Source: Patescibacteria group bacterium
GTDB taxonomy: Bacteria > Patescibacteriota > Minisyncoccia > Phycocordibacterales > Phycocordibacteraceae
DNA: 64,000 bases
Assembly (NCBI GenBank): GCA_040390125.1
Contig: JAZJYZ010000001.1
Coordinates: 374,402 to 438,401 of the forward strand
Direction of reading: 5' to 3'
A program made the translations under genes and the position numbers. A model generated the notes under the pieces. That model saw only the letters and a program-made list of their open reading frames with translations. It was not told the DNA's origin and made no database searches. Positions 63,148 to 64,000 of this stretch are shown here, one piece after another; the stretch's first letter is position 1; each line of letters begins with the position of its first letter.

Positions 63148-64000
63148 ATGACCACATTGCAGAAAACAAAGAAACGAAACGGAACTATAGTTGATTTCAA
63201 TAAAGAAAAGATTGTTTCTGCAGTCTCTAAGGCATTTCTTGAAGTCATTCAAGATACGCACAGCGATGAGTCGCATGCGATAGGCGAGGCTGTGGCAAGC
63301 GCACTGAAACTTCGCTATGCGGGGACCGCCTCTATCCCTTCGGTTGAGGAAATTCAAGACCTCGTGGAGCATTCGTTGATGGAGCGTTCTTACTTTGATG
63401 TCGCAAAAGCATATATCATCTACCGCTATGAGCATGCAAAGATTCGTGAAGAAAAACAGGAAGAAGTTGTAAAGAAAATTGAAGAACGAGGGCTTTTGAT
63501 TCTGAAAAGAAATGGTGAGCGAGAGATTTTTTCAATTGATAAAATTAGAAAGACAATTGAGTTCAGCGTACTTCCTGAGAATGCACGTGCAGTCGACATT
63601 GATGGATTTATTTCACAAGTACAACGCGAAGTGTATGACGGCATCTCAACAAAAGAAATTGAGCGCACACTCATCATGGTTGCACGTTCGATGATTGAAC
63701 GTGACCCTGCGTACAATCAGCTTGCTGCTCAGCTTCTTTTGAACTCGCTCTACAACGATGTTCTTCACACGGATGCAATTTCTATTGTGTCTGGTGATTT
63801 TGACACAACGTATCGTGCTGCATTCATAAAGAATGTAAAAACTGCAACTGAATTGAAACAACTCGATGAGCGAATGCTTTCGTTTGATCTTTCAAAAATT
63901 GCAGCAGCGCTTCGACCTGAGCGTGATCGCTTGCTGAAATATATTGGTGTTGCAACACTCTCTGACCGCTACCTCATTCACAGCAGAGAAAACAAACAAC
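63148..64000 (+). CDS. ribonucleotide reductase large subunit, 5' part only (two ATP-cones; runs off the window end; class undetermined)
   Basis: open frame from ATG 63148 to the window end; ATP-cones (RNGTIVDFNKEKIVSAV and KRNGEREIFSIDKIRKTIEF); …DRDRLLKYIGVATLSDRYL RNR N-domain motif. Confidence 0.75.
   Translation, partial: MTTLQKTKKRNGTIVDFNKEKIVSAVSKAFLEVIQDTHSDESHAIGEAVASALKLRYAGTASIPSVEEIQDLVEHSLMERSYFDVAKAYIIYRYEHAKIREEKQEEVVKKIEERGLLILKRNGEREIFSIDKIRKTIEFSVLPENARAVDIDGFISQVQREVYDGISTKEIERTLIMVARSMIERDPAYNQLAAQLLLNSLYNDVLHTDAISIVSGDFDTTYRAAFIKNVKTATELKQLDERMLSFDLSKIAAALRPERDRLLKYIGVATLSDRYLIHSRENKQ

Overview
This 64-kb window is bacterial, densely coding, roughly mid-40s % GC by eye with clear AT-rich and GC-rich patches, and contains no rRNA and no CRISPR array. 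The backbone is housekeeping: miaA, a peroxiredoxin, parB, rel/spoT, topA, dprA, serS, an ftsQ-like gene, dus, pyrE, pyrD, argH, dnaX, truB, an rsuA/rluB-like gene, a class II (B12-dependent) ribonucleotide reductase with an adjacent cobalamin salvage cluster, a class I fructose-bisphosphate aldolase, and the 5' part of a second RNR running off the 3' end. There are two tRNAs: tRNA-Leu(CAA) on the minus strand and tRNA-Gln(UUG) on the plus strand. The accessory content is the most interesting part. (1) Downstream of tRNA-Gln lie four further degenerate copies of the tRNA 3' end, delimiting small islands of contrasting base composition. One is an AT-rich operon of a ParB-nuclease-domain protein plus a Dam-family methyltransferase; another is a GC-rich AstE/AspA-family metallohydrolase. 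No integrase is present. (2) A ~10.3-kb block is bounded by 42-bp imperfect direct repeats, the right copy being the native start of a gene. It carries an ECF sigma/anti-sigma pair, a MacAB-like efflux pump, several secreted proteins and an AT-rich Type II C5-methyltransferase / PD-(D/E)xK endonuclease pair. (3) A VirB2/TrbC-like pilin appears to be fused to a LAS/M15-like peptidase domain. (4) A NirK-like copper oxidoreductase sits next to an ArsR regulator. (5) A genome-specific short dispersed repeat family (…agctgaaacctgNaaNct…) occurs at five or more loci, once as an in-frame tandem 14-mer inside miaA. (6) truB carries an in-frame Cys-rich insertion encoded by palindromic DNA. (7) There are long perfect palindromes in divergent promoter regions. 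Gene content (class I FBA, many small membrane-anchored secreted proteins, weak ribosome-binding sites, small genes) hints at a small-genome, possibly Patescibacteria-like organism, but that is inference only. All calls come from reading the sequence and motif-level recognition; no database search was run.
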